From: Chloropicon primus
Taxonomy: Eukaryota
Assembly: GCA_023205875.1 (NCBI GenBank)
Contig: CP060767.1
Span: 248,001-312,000 of the forward strand
Reading direction: 5' to 3'
Length of the DNA stretch: 64,000 nt
The notes beneath the pieces are model-generated. The model saw nothing but the letters and a program-made list of their open reading frames with translations, was not told where the DNA came from and searched no databases. A program made the translations under genes and the position numbers. The stretch's first letter is position 1; each line of letters opens with the position of its first letter. Below, piece by piece: positions 53,401 through 62,234 of the stretch.

Positions 53401-55554
53401 CGGCCCCCTCTTTTCCCTTAGAGAGGGCCTTTGCTGCAGGGGAAAGTATGTCAGGTCTAGCTCAAACCCGGACACGTCTGCCGTTCCCTCTTCCGACTTG
53501 TCAAAAGCGACATCAAGCTGAATCGCGATCGATCTGTCTTGCGTCGGAATGAAAGTGAACGTGTCCTCAATGTTCTCCAACGAGCTGAAACCGCTGCCAC
53601 CAATGTGGCACTTCAGGAACATGTTGCTGTCATCCTCCACACAAGTTTGGGTGCCCGTGAACGCCGTCAGTGTCGCGGGCGAGTTTGACCGGAAGGACTG
53701 GATCTTGATCCCAATCAGCGTCCCTTCAGGAACGGTGTCAGGAAAGTTGAGGAGCCAGAGACACGAAAGCTCGGATCCCACACTCGGCCCTATGACGTCG
53801 CTGTCGTAGAAGATATACCCTTGAGCAGACTGTATGCTGACCCCATCGGGGCTGCACATGAAACCCGCAAGGGATGGGTCAGTGGCAGCTCTGGCTTGGA
53901 GTGCCGCCAGACCATTGAGCTTCCTGGATCGGACCGTCTTCTCCTCCTTGGTCAAGGTAGGGGGAGGCTTGTCCCAAGACGGCATTTCCAGCAAGTTCTG
54001 GTCAAACGCAATGTCCTCCCCAAAGAGGTCCGCAGTGGGGTCGTAGGAGAAAATCTCGGGGGAGGACCCGAGCACCGGCTCCGACTCGTCTTCAAGATCA
54101 AAGCGCTCTGGCCTCACTCTCTCTTGAAACCTGAAAGTCTCGGCAGAGCCCCTGGAGATCGTCGACTCGTCGTCATCATAGTAGAACTCATCATAGAAGT
54201 CGTAGTAATAGTACGAGTCCTCGTCGTAGTAATCCCAATCTCCTACTGCAACCCCTTCCTGCCCCCTGACCTTCACGATGTAATCGACCACGTCGTCGTA
54301 CTCGAACACACCAAATCGGGCGTCGGGTAGGTTCTCTTCCAGGTAGTCCGCTACGGCGCCCCCATCCCCCACGCCCCGGCCCACATCATCCGGCTCGTTG
54401 TAATCGTCGTCGTCCGGGGGTTCATCGTCGCTGTCGTCATCGGGGTCATAATCCTCATCAGCCATGAAGTCCTCCGGCCCACGGTCGTCCTCCAGGATAA
54501 CACCCACGACGGTGTCCTTTTCAATCTCCCCGGACGTCACCAGTTCCTTCAGTCCGGGAAACGTCTCCACGACCTTCACCTCGCCTGTCTCGGGATTGCC
54601 GATAGCGACTCCAACCACGCCCAGGCCTCCTCCTCCCTCCTCCTCGTCCTCGTTTTCGTCTTCGTCATCATCGTCGTCTTCGTCATCATCATCCTCGTCC
54701 TCGTCCTCGTCCTCGTCGTCGCCGTCGCCCTCGTTCCCCTTCAGCATCTGTCCGATTTCTTTTGCCACGGGTTTCAGGTCTCCCGCGGTGCTGACCACGA
54801 CAATTTTTTCGTTGTCTCTGGGGGGTCTCGTCGCAGGCGAGTCCGAGTCAGAATCTTCGCCAGGGAGGTCTGCCATGGAGTCCTCCGACCCACGCGTGGG
54901 AACGATGGGACCAGAATTGACGTTGTCGTCGTCATTGTCTTTGTCGAAAGGAAGTGTCATCCCGTCCCCAGTCATGTCAACTCCTGGGTCCGCGTCGGCG
55001 ACGTCGACATCGGGGACTGCGTCGTCATCAGCTTCGTCAGCTTCGTCAGCTTCGTCAGCTTCGTCAGCTTCGTCAGTCTGCGGCCTCTCACTCACGTCAT
55101 CTTCCTCGGCATAGAAGTACCTGTTCCTGGCTGTTCCTGGGAGCATGTCCGGCGGCCGCATGCCGGGGGGCAGCATGTTGGAGATCATATCCGCGAGGGG
55201 ATCTCTCAACTCCGGCAGCATATCGGGCAAGGCAGGGCTGTGCGTGACCCTGCCTTCTTCCTTTTTCTCCCTCCGCCGCTCTTGCTTGGCGTCAACCCCA
55301 TCTTTGTACACTTCCACCTTCCTCTGCTTGACTTCCTCCTTCCTCTGCTTGACTTCCTCCTTGACCTCTTGTTGCCTCTGCTTGACTTCCTCCTTGACCT
55401 TTTGTTGGCTCATCGCGGCGACCGCCTCTTTCTTCGCGTTCTGCCCCATGAGAAGCATCTTCTTCTTGTCGTCCTGAGCGGCGAGGAGAGGCGCCATGAG
55501 CAAGGCGAGGCATGCCACGGCGAGCACAAGCCGTCTCCACGAGAACGAAGCCAT
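47470..55554 (-). CDS. Receptor-type class III nucleotidyl cyclase, paralog B, with a long acidic N-terminal extension, ~2694 aa, intronless
   Basis: Signal MASFSWRRLVLAVACLALLMAPLLAA; same domain order as paralog A; cytosolic part largely identical to 33350-36000. Confidence 0.88.
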   Translation of the reverse strand: MASFSWRRLVLAVACLALLMAPLLAAQDDKKKMLLMGQNAKKEAVAAMSQQKVKEEVKQRQQEVKEEVKQRKEEVKQRKVEVYKDGVDAKQERRREKKEEGRVTHSPALPDMLPELRDPLADMISNMLPPGMRPPDMLPGTARNRYFYAEEDDVSERPQTDEADEADEADEADEADDDAVPDVDVADADPGVDMTGDGMTLPFDKDNDDDNVNSGPIVPTRGSEDSMADLPGEDSDSDSPATRPPRDNEKIVVVSTAGDLKPVAKEIGQMLKGNEGDGDDEDEDEDEDDDDEDDDDDEDENEDEEEGGGGLGVVGVAIGNPETGEVKVVETFPGLKELVTSGEIEKDTVVGVILEDDRGPEDFMADEDYDPDDDSDDEPPDDDDYNEPDDVGRGVGDGGAVADYLEENLPDARFGVFEYDDVVDYIVKVRGQEGVAVGDWDYYDEDSYYYYDFYDEFYYDDDESTISRGSAETFRFQERVRPERFDLEDESEPVLGSSPEIFSYDPTADLFGEDIAFDQNLLEMPSWDKPPPTLTKEEKTVRSRKLNGLAALQARAATDPSLAGFMCSPDGVSIQSAQGYIFYDSDVIGPSVGSELSCLWLLNFPDTVPEGTLIGIKIQSFRSNSPATLTAFTGTQTCVEDDSNMFLKCHIGGSGFSSLENIEDTFTFIPTQDRSIAIQLDVAFDKSEEGTADVSGFELDLTYFPLQQRPSLREKRGPRRELLQSTSNATREEDIELDDGVLPGWMTLYGSQEMTFQEMADGNPIISEMTGVEGGIFVINNLNLESLEGIQRIKTIGEGSVVISNNQRLHMPIATVIDWLNSLEGNLTSVDLSFNDFYGQIPDSYCDLLARVSKLDMSHNINVCGTVPSCVSGVKSAILENESFVKSDESLNDAAQLQSFVHLWAGTSLGSSCVNDGGGQQPMFPDDLPSGLVAFRANPQSLTVADHRTSCSPLGYAAELDNQGEIVFDSLGIEMQQFKGTSCAWETKVFEASNSTSVLVLDFNKFYTSINGDQGICNDFSSGHNFYNPILNGPTINEFTVSVFNDTYKRGLDVFRASGSELPPPFVLNVDPSYKSVKLNLVKTATVKNIVDLAPSRNRTIQQCGGTSVSYEFVEPISTVANLTSFIAKHGSTVTGELGRSIIIGACRTMNGSAIEDLSALENVTKIKGSLIIVDCPTLRSLKGTEKLLNVTDSIILQTNSGLRSIRSLAALKHLGGSFVLDGNRKLRSLAGLASLQRIGESLVLSRTGLRSLRGLGGLRSIGGAMSLVSNSYLLSMKGMLSLNRIGATLSVKYNPWLKSLSGLEFLMEIGGSVDIQLNQKLLNLTGLENLATMEGTFALFNNPALKSVDQLTNLTNVAGSFVIGSNENLVSVSLPAIKGIGSPTASGLVYSRQDRRRLLRHDGGEENSSESSNRIFAVEYNTNLTKLNISEEIERLPWNFYVGNNQYLSGFIPWDLLNKKAVRMANLVYNNYKGPIDPYLCRSDAALETVYLSGNEDVCGSVPDDCHMHIVALYTNLKKPCKDVSAPTCIFSDLESASSAEMRCAVTSTRFSSHPMELNFMFPKYELQDELPESFNASVQYEFGIGTSPHDANVNPMTSIRDVQFTARNGTMVSYTWNVEDRHISLVDGQTYYVIMKAYDLTGATAEIRTSQGTMIDLMPPNVTEARVLLDVDIHGPYSISWHGFQSLSGVKDYTVTLLRNDKLYNVTSVAGDQRSVQGLLDPNDVTNGTLFSAEVVGISMAGLPSSKVRSPAVVPMPDSGIMNSQVIIGVGVGVTLGCLLTAGIVAFFVARYIKRQNAKTKEERWLRKLNNSVYTYLQGTGTKAGKLSAEEGSISLSDSYTFDADNSKDRIFIFTDIQSSTKLCEQDADAYLLLQEAHDEIMRNALAELGGHEVDTEGDAFQCMFPNVVTSLLFCFKVQEDLLKYDWPPAVQNLHECEKVESKLYRNKYVWSGPRVRMAVHFAKGGTYMAKSHPTTRRVAYGGKPWQTTSMLSDVGHGGQILVSEAAWRQLMATGDEGAAGYPIFEDLGSYEVGEEGLPIRILQVSPARSSVCERVFPALRDVDMVDEGQGMNIVPSMDGKVAIVCAIIEPSRFFGVVENFITLIGKRERASKTASVGGKRSAEPSGELGSPEFVPEYKNPIIVSKKKLDRSISSKLEKTLSRKRLLGSSSDRPGHENANATMYFTNEHHQAVDIVSSTLEALVSQFGGYVIRTVEEVDSPQQMMMIAFKTSSSAVRFTLAAQTTLMEYPWPKSINEAFGRAGPPYSRDGIPLFNGPCVAMSAHVDHIEKFSLFDSETYRSNGSGHTISYKYKGILQALELARIASGGQTVLSSSFFDSKWQRGLSLSQTQVTDLGAHDVRYFAQPVKLIEMLPKVLQDRTNVFGPLESQRILSVGAQNAPGAHGEHVALVFTYPRVAQAFQKSGLASKAVDNFSQTVRILLARYNGYESQEVGTGCFFLSFPTVDDAVAWSVHLQLILRRADWNSSDSVMEAKEGFLSKVRRPRPKSIDREMEEYLRTASFSSSSSQGQGSSETWSSPEHNSLDGLFDSQSSMDFSGTVPRSSSVQMRHMVLVQIGICYGMPTKVTPHVQTGRADYFGPMVNLSARVAKNTKPGDIHLSSYADLSQVLGFGDDRDHPSCFLKGMEFANEGKWVDIDLNDKGMRSFKGVKDKRQVFSVQAPGEVSEVGGGGK
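55025..55400 (-). repeat. Coding tandem repeats in paralog B: about five 9-bp units (DEA)n and KEEVKQR-type units
   Basis: (GCTTCGTCA)n at ~55025-55077; CCTCTGCTTGACTTCCTCCT units at ~55320-55400. Confidence 0.8.
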
Positions 55555-56016
55555 CCTCCTCCCTCCTCTCTCACTCAACAACAACAACAAGAACAACGAA
55601 GAAGAAGAAAAAGAAAGGGCGATGCAACGTCACCGACTCTGCCTCCGCGCCTCCTCCGCCTCGTGTCGGTTACAAAAAACCCTATCGCGTAACGTCCGGG
55701 CACTACCCCTTCCTTCAGAAAGAAAACGATCCCGAGAGGTCAATCCCCACGTCCTGGCGTCGTCACCAGAGCGCCTTTTCTTTCAAGGGAGGGCTCGATT
55801 GGAAGCTCGCGACACGGAGCACACGATTCTCGACCCTCCCCTCGCTCCCGGACTCGTTCCCGTCGCTCCGAGTCCCACAACCGCTCACCTCGTACGCGCT
55901 CCCTTCACCACAGTGAAAGAGCCTCCGTGGAAATTGCGGAGATGGAATGAGGAATTGGCGCCAATCCTTTTGCGATCGGTAACGTAACGGCTGAGAGGAC
56001 GAGGGCGAACATTAGG

Positions 56017-56930
56017 GTGGAGGAAAGGGCGACAGGCGGAAGCGTCACCTCTTCGGCTTTCGAAACAGCCCTCGCTCGAAAGAAACGACTCCGTGGCGAG
56101 AACTTGAGGAGCCGCATGTTGCTCAAGCAGATGCCTTGCTTCACTCCTCACTGGTTCCAGTGGGTGTTTCAGTCGTTCCACAGGGTTGAGGGAGCAGCGG
56201 AATATAAGTTGGGGAGAGAACTCTCCAATTCTTTGTACGACGCTGACCTGCTGCACCTCGCCGCTTTCCAGGGCAGCAAGAAGGTGGTGGTTGGGGAGCC
56301 AAGGAGTCCCTTTGGATATCAAGCGCAAGTATCGTGGAGTGGTAGCAGCTGCAGGTGCTGCTGCCGGAGGTCACATTGATGTGCTGGAATGGTTGAGGAG
56401 CGAGGGTTGCGAGTTCGATAAAGCGACTTGTTCTGCTGCAGCTCAAGGAGGTCACCTTGATTTTCTGAAGTGGCTTCGAAGCCAGAACCCTCCTTGTCCT
56501 TGGAAAGTGTGGACTTGTGAAATGGCAGCTTACAGAGGTCACCTTGATGTCCTGAAGTGGGTTTGAAGTCAGGACCCGCCTTGCCCTTGGGACACGTTGA
56601 CTTGTTCTGCTGCAGCTGAAGGAGCTCACCTTGATGTCCTGCAGTGGGCCCGAAGTCAGGACCCGCCTTGCCTTTGGAAACCAAAGCATTGCATAGAATT
56701 AGCAGAGAACGAGGGGCACCACCACGTCGTCGATTGGGTGGAGGAAAACCCAGGACCGGAGGAGGACTAGCTCTACGCAGCAGGATCAGGCTATGAGTCC
56801 GATGAAGACGACTCCTGGAACGAGCGAGTGCTTCATCCTAAAACCTTAAATCTACCAGTTCGATGTAAGCACTTGTTCTGAGGCAGCTGAACAAGGTCAC
56901 CTCTCGAGTGGGGCTTCGAAAGCAGGATCA
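56017..56930 (+). pseudogene. Ankyrin-repeat pseudogene (AAxxGHLxVLxWLRSQxPPCPW type)
   Basis: Frameshift near 56285-56290 (AAFQGSKK / WLGSQGVPLD); in-frame TGA at 56564-56566 where sister repeats have CGA (Arg); repeats continue to TAG 56768-56770; a further broken repeat lies at ~56870-56930; no clear start codon. Confidence 0.85.
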
Positions 56931-57293
56931 GCACTCGCTCGCTCTTCATCCTATCTCCTGCACGATCGGTACGTGAATGCGGATCATGAATCCACAAGAA
57001 CAAGCCTAAGATCTTCCCACCTCCTCTGTCAAGTCCCTTCAATCTAGATCCATCTCGTCTCCAAGATCAAGTCACTTTGGGATGGGGAGGAGGGGAGCTC
57101 AAAGTGTTGGTGCGTCGTGACGGAACTCGAGAGCTTCATTGAAGGAGACAAAGCAACCAGACGATTCCTTAAGTTGAGATCTTTCTGTGGATACCTCACT
57201 CGACGGTTTTTTGTTCCATTCGCGTTTGCCTCACGCTTTCATCCATCCATCATCGAGTGAGAAGGCAACACCAACACCAACATCAACATCCTC

Positions 57294-58889
57294 ATGTCTT
57301 CTCCGGGAGGGAGCTCGTTCGAGGTGTCGAGGAAGGGAGGAGTGAGCGGATGTCTCGATGTGGATGTCGAGCAAGGAAGGTGCATCTGGAGACCGCACGG
57401 TTCCGAGGACGAGGCCTTTCTCGGGTCCTCCTCCACGACATCCTCAGCACGAGGATGCTTTGGTTGCTTCACTTGGGAGGGAGCCTTGAGTCTTCCCACA
57501 TCGATTGATGGAGCGGACCTCGTGGGGGCGTTGGCGTGTTCGAGCGAGGGGACCACGAAGCACCCGAGCTTCCGGATCCTGTACACGACGGAGGTCCTGG
57601 CGGGGAGGGGGAGAACGCGCAGGAGGCTGCTGAGGACGGAGCCCTTCGTGTGCGGGAGCACCGGGCAGCTGGAGGAGTGCCTCAGGCAAGTAAGGAGGGT
57701 GGCCGGGCACTCCGAGGGGAGGAAGAGGATCATGGTCCTGGTGAATCCGGTCTCGGGCAAGGGGAAAGGCTTGAAGATTCTGAGGAAGACCATCGTGCCC
57801 ATGCTGGAGGCCAGCGGCATTCCCTTCGACGTGAAGTGCACCGAGAAGGCAGGGGACGGGAAGGCGCTCGGGAGGGGGATAGACCTGGAGGCTTACGACA
57901 CCCTCGTGGTCTCCGGAGGCGATGGAACCCTCCACGAGGTGATGCAAGGCCTCTTCGGCAGGGAGGAAGCCTCCGAGAAGGCGGGGAAGGTGGCCCTGGC
58001 CGTGCTCCCCACGGGGTCGGGCAACGGGTTCGCCGCTTCCATCGACGTGGTGGACGCGGTCACGGGGCTCTGGTTCGTTCTGAAGAACAAGAGGTCCCCC
58101 ATGGACGTCGTCTCCGTGCTGCAGGAGGCCGGGACCAGGGGAATCCACCGGGAGTTCATGTGCCTTTCGACCACCTTCGGCTTCATCGCGAACTTGGACC
58201 TGGACACGGAGTACCTGCGGTGCCTCGGCCAGGCCAGGTTCACCCTCGGCGCCATGTACGAGATCCTCAGAGGAAAGACGACGGAGGCTGCGGTCGCTTA
58301 CGTCCCCAAGGGGTCCGAGGCCCCGCCCTGCGACGAGGACTCGAGCCGCATCGCTTGCCTTTTCCTGGACGGCATCAAGGGGATGTTCGAGCCCTCATTC
58401 GCGCTGGACGACCTCCCCCCGCCCTGGAAAAAGATGGAGAGGGAGGACTTCCAGTTCTTCGTCCTGGCCAATGTGCCATGCTTGAGCATGGGCGACAGGG
58501 TTGCCCCGACGGTGAGCGCCTCCTCCGGCTCGCTGGCCCTGGTCTCCACGCACAAGAGCTCAAGGCTGGAGAACATAGGTGGGTTTGGGGAAAAATACAG
58601 ACACAACGCACACACGCACGCACTATTGACTGACGTTGGCATCTCATTCCTCCTCCTCCTGATTTTCTTTCCCTTCTTCCCTCTGCTGCTAGACTTGTTC
58701 GAGGCGGTGGACAATGGCACAACCCACGAGTCCCCCACCGCGTCGTACAAGGAAGTGGTCGCCTTCGCCATCGACCCCAAGGGCGGCAAGCTCCAGTTTT
58801 CCCTGGACGGGGAAAGGATTCCAGTGTCCAGGGTTTACGGGGAGTTGCACAAGGGCCTCGGAACTTTCATCAACAACTATAACAGCTAA
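57294..58889 (+). CDS. Sphingosine kinase / DAG-kinase-domain lipid kinase, ~493 aa after removal of one intron
   Basis: VLVNPVSGKGKG, VSGGDGTLHEVMQGL, LPTGSGNGFAAS, RCLGQARF, SLDGE. Probable intron 58579-58692 (GTGGGT...CTGAC...pyrimidine tract...TAG). Confidence 0.9.
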   Translation: MSSPGGSSFEVSRKGGVSGCLDVDVEQGRCIWRPHGSEDEAFLGSSSTTSSARGCFGCFTWEGALSLPTSIDGADLVGALACSSEGTTKHPSFRILYTTEVLAGRGRTRRRLLRTEPFVCGSTGQLEECLRQVRRVAGHSEGRKRIMVLVNPVSGKGKGLKILRKTIVPMLEASGIPFDVKCTEKAGDGKALGRGIDLEAYDTLVVSGGDGTLHEVMQGLFGREEASEKAGKVALAVLPTGSGNGFAASIDVVDAVTGLWFVLKNKRSPMDVVSVLQEAGTRGIHREFMCLSTTFGFIANLDLDTEYLRCLGQARFTLGAMYEILRGKTTEAAVAYVPKGSEAPPCDEDSSRIACLFLDGIKGMFEPSFALDDLPPPWKKMEREDFQFFVLANVPCLSMGDRVAPTVSASSGSLALVSTHKSSRLENIGGFGEKYRHNAHTHALLTDVGISFLLLLIFFPFFPLLLDLFEAVDNGTTHESPTASYKEVVAFAIDPKGGKLQFSLDGERIPVSRVYGELHKGLGTFINNYNS

Positions 58890-59824
58890 CGCATGGCATG
58901 CATGCATATTATCTTCACAGCTAGTTTTTTTTTGCCGCGGACTGTGTCGAGGAGGAGCTGTGACTCCATTTTCTTCAAGCAAGCAACTGCACTGGCGCTG
59001 GCGCTCACCACACAATCATCCGTTATCCAGAATGACGATGTTTCACATAGCATTACGAAGACCCAAGCAAACACCACACATCATCCGATCCTATCCAAGT
59101 TATCCCCAGAATGGAAGAAGAGAAGACAATGTCCCACTAATTCCAAAATCATAGCCGCCAAAATATAAAACGAGGATACAAAACGAATGGCTCCTGGCTC
59201 CTCTTGTGCTCTCCTCCGAAACAAAAACGCGATCGGCATCAAGTTTTGGGACATCACGTTTTCATTGAGCGTCGCGTTCGAAGCGGCGAAGGCCCAAGGC
59301 ACGAGGCTCCCTTTGAGATTACCGTGCTGCTGGAGCCAACTCCCCTCCCCTTCGCCTCCCCAGGGCTTGCCAGCGAAATCAGGACCACATGTTCCAAAAA
59401 GTTTTCGAGAGACGTCACACATTTTGGTCCCACAATGTGGTCCCACGTAGAAAACGCATGTAGCATCCGGTCCCTGTTTTTCGGAGGCGTGATGTCTCCC
59501 GTGGAATATGTACGAGCGGCATCCAGTTGTCCGCTCGTCGTTCAAGTCACGTGCTGCGCTGCGATTAGCGACTGCTTTCCCTCACTCGCGTGCTTTGCTC
59601 CTCTGCTTTTGCTTTGCTCGTTTCATTGAGGGCAATCCATCGCCGAGGCAAAGCTTCAGGACTCGGCAACGCACACCTTGCCGCCATCCTACTTGCGTGG
59701 TCGCGAGCTTGGCACCACTGCATCGCTACGACCAAGTGGTGGTTTTCTCATCTTGGCCATCGGCTGCTTTGATTGGGTTCTCAAAGCTTGGCTCAAGCTT
59801 TTTTTTTGATACGCTTTTGTCCTC

Positions 59825-61381
59825 ATGTCCCTTAGCACCACGAGGGTGGGCAAGAGGTGTGCCATCCAGGGGCTCACAAGCTTGGGCGCCACCAGCAGGA
59901 AAGTTTCCTCGATCCGGGTGAACCGTCTGAGGCTGAGGACCAAAGCTTCCCCTTCCCCTTCCCCTGTCCCCGTAGCTGCTGCTGATTCTGTTGCTCCTGC
60001 TGCTGCTGATGTTGCCGTGGAAGCATCGGGCGTGCCCAACACCATCGCCACAGTTGCAGCTGTGGACCCCATGGCTGCTGCGAACATCCAGGTGGCCATG
60101 GACACGGCTTGGGTTCTGTTCTGCGGGTTCCTCGTGATAGGGATGAATGCTGGGTTTGCTTGCCTGGAGGCTGGGTTCTGCAGGGCTAAGAACTGCGTGA
60201 ACATCTTGGCCAAGAACTTGGTGGTGTTCCCCATCGCTGTGGCGACGTACTACGTGTTTGGGTTTGGATTCATGTTCGGCGACGGCAATCCGTTCGTTGG
60301 GTTGAACGGCTTCGCTCTGAGCGGTGCCGCGGACAATGCCGTCCAGTCCGTCGTGGAGGGGGTCAAGTACACCGGCGTGTTCTCTTCCATGTCGGATACT
60401 GCCATCCCGATTGCGGCCAAGCTCTTCTTCCAGGGAGCATTCGCCGGTACCACGGCGAGCATCGTCTCCGGCGCGGTCGCCGAGAGGATCAAGTTTGGAT
60501 CTTTCCTTCTGTTCTCTTTCCTCCTCATCGCCACGATTTACGGAGTCACGGGGCACTGGATTTGGGGCGGGGGTTGGCTCGCCAGCATGGGGTTCGAGGA
60601 CTTTGCGGGTTGCACCGCGGTCCACTCCCTCGGAGGCTGGGCCGCTCTCACCGGCGCCAAAATTCTTGGACCAAGGATCGGAAAGTACGGAGCTGATGCC
60701 AAGCCAATGCCTGCTCACAGTCTCCCCCTCGGAACAATTGGGTGCTTCATCCTTTGGATCGGTTGGTTCGGATTCAACCCTGGCTCGACGCTCGCGGTCG
60801 ATGCCCCGGCCATCTCGCACATCGCCATGACCACCAACTTGGGCGCCTGCGCTGGTGCCTTGGGAGCCACGGTCACCGAACTCATTCAGAAGAAGGGCCA
60901 CGACCTTGATCTTGGAATGATCATCAACGGACTCCTTGCGGGTCTCGTCGGGGTCACCGCTTCCTGCCCATTCATCTCCAACACGAGCTCCATGATCGTC
61001 GGTCTCGTCGCGGGGCTGCTGATCGGACCCATCTCCCAGTTCGTGGACGAGAAGCTCAAGGTGGACGACCCCGTCGGAGCCATTGGAGTTCACTTGGGTG
61101 GTGGAATCATCGGCACCCTCGCCGTCGGGCTCTTCTCGGAGGGACCCGGTGCCTTGTACGCCGACGGACCAGCCAGAGGGTTGCTCTTGGGCGGCGGAGC
61201 TTCTCAGCTCATGACCCAGTGCATTGGCATCGTGGCCGTCGGAGCGACCGCCTTGGTGGTCACCACGATCCTGTGGCTGCTCGTCAAGCAGATGTGCGGC
61301 CTCCGCGTCACCGTGGAGGAGGAGACCAAGGGGCTCGACACCAGCGAGCACGGACAGGTCGCCTACGTCGCTGCCATGTAA
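59825..61381 (+). CDS. AMT: Ammonium transporter (Amt family) with an N-terminal transit-like peptide, 518 aa
   Basis: MNAGFACLEAG, IVSGAVAER, GHWIWGGGWL, DFAGCTAVHSLGG, LWIGWFGFNPGS, NGLLAGLVGVTA, VDDPVGAIGVH (both pore His present), EETKGLDTSEHG. Confidence 0.97.
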   Translation: MSLSTTRVGKRCAIQGLTSLGATSRKVSSIRVNRLRLRTKASPSPSPVPVAAADSVAPAAADVAVEASGVPNTIATVAAVDPMAAANIQVAMDTAWVLFCGFLVIGMNAGFACLEAGFCRAKNCVNILAKNLVVFPIAVATYYVFGFGFMFGDGNPFVGLNGFALSGAADNAVQSVVEGVKYTGVFSSMSDTAIPIAAKLFFQGAFAGTTASIVSGAVAERIKFGSFLLFSFLLIATIYGVTGHWIWGGGWLASMGFEDFAGCTAVHSLGGWAALTGAKILGPRIGKYGADAKPMPAHSLPLGTIGCFILWIGWFGFNPGSTLAVDAPAISHIAMTTNLGACAGALGATVTELIQKKGHDLDLGMIINGLLAGLVGVTASCPFISNTSSMIVGLVAGLLIGPISQFVDEKLKVDDPVGAIGVHLGGGIIGTLAVGLFSEGPGALYADGPARGLLLGGGASQLMTQCIGIVAVGATALVVTTILWLLVKQMCGLRVTVEEETKGLDTSEHGQVAYVAAM

Positions 61382-61608
61382 GCCGCGATCAGCGGGCTTG
61401 TTGCCCGAAGGAGACGGGGTCACTCTTTGAGAAGAATCAACTTAGTAATTACAATAAAAAAACACAAAAGATGTCGTCGCTAAAGTTTTAGTATAGATAG
61501 AGGAACCAGCGCCGAACCCCACCCCGAAGTGTGTTCCCTCACAAGCCCATCATCCCGTGGTCCCAAGCTGTCGTCGTGAGGACGACGGAAGCGGCGGGTG
61601 CGCGCGCG

Positions 61609-62234
61609 TCAGTCCTTCTTCTGTGCGAAGGCGTTCGCCGCGGCCTCTTTGGCGTCCCTTGGGGATATGAACGTGAAGCCCGAGCTGCTCTTTTGCTGGC
61701 TCCCGCCTCCTCCGGGGATCTGCTTCTGCAGGTAGGCGGCGATGTCCGCGGAACGAGACTGGATGTACGTCGACAGCCTGAAGAGAGGGAGGGAGAGAAA
61801 GCAAAGTCAGCACGGAGGGCGACACAAGAGCACACACACACGCACACACACCGCAACACTTACTGCTTGAAGTAACGAGAAGTGAAGTCCTGCGCTCTGT
61901 TCTTGACTTCTTCCATCTTGCTGTCGATGTACGGCTCGTGGTGGGCCAGCCACGGTTGCAGGGTCGACTCGTACACGTACGTCGCTCCGTTGACCCTGGG
62001 GTGCCACAGGAACACCACAAGCGCCAACTTGGCCTCGTAATACAGCGGAACCCAAAACAAGAACTGGTCCGTCAAGTTCTGTGCGAACGTCGCCAGACCG
62101 ATGATCGTCCAATACCTGCACCACATCTTCAGCTGCTCAGGCTTTCCTATCTCCACAGCCTTGAAGCAAGCGTACGCGGGGTACACGTACCCCAGGACGA
62201 GGATAAGCACGGACGACACGTGTGAACCAAGCAT
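61609..62234 (-). CDS. HVA22-like / REEP (TB2/DP1) ER-shaping protein, ~179 aa, 2 exons
   Basis: Exon1 62234-61864, intron 61863-61778 (GTAAGT...CAG), exon2 61777-61609. Motifs LGYVYPAYACFKAVE, WCRYW, WVPLYYEAKL, GATYVYE, HEPYID. Confidence 0.92.

Noticed and set aside
33309..55554. Composite transposon or LTR element suggested by long direct repeats
   Set aside because: The repeats are coding blocks of paralogous genes; no transposase, RT, integrase, TIR or TSD seen.
56564..56566. TGA as selenocysteine or programmed readthrough
   Set aside because: The position is Arg (CGA) in sister repeats and the gene also has a frameshift; decay is the simpler explanation.
13524..61381. Nitrogen gene cluster (nucleoside hydrolase, GDH, GATA, AMT)
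   Set aside because: Spread over ~48 kb with many unrelated genes between; chance is sufficient.
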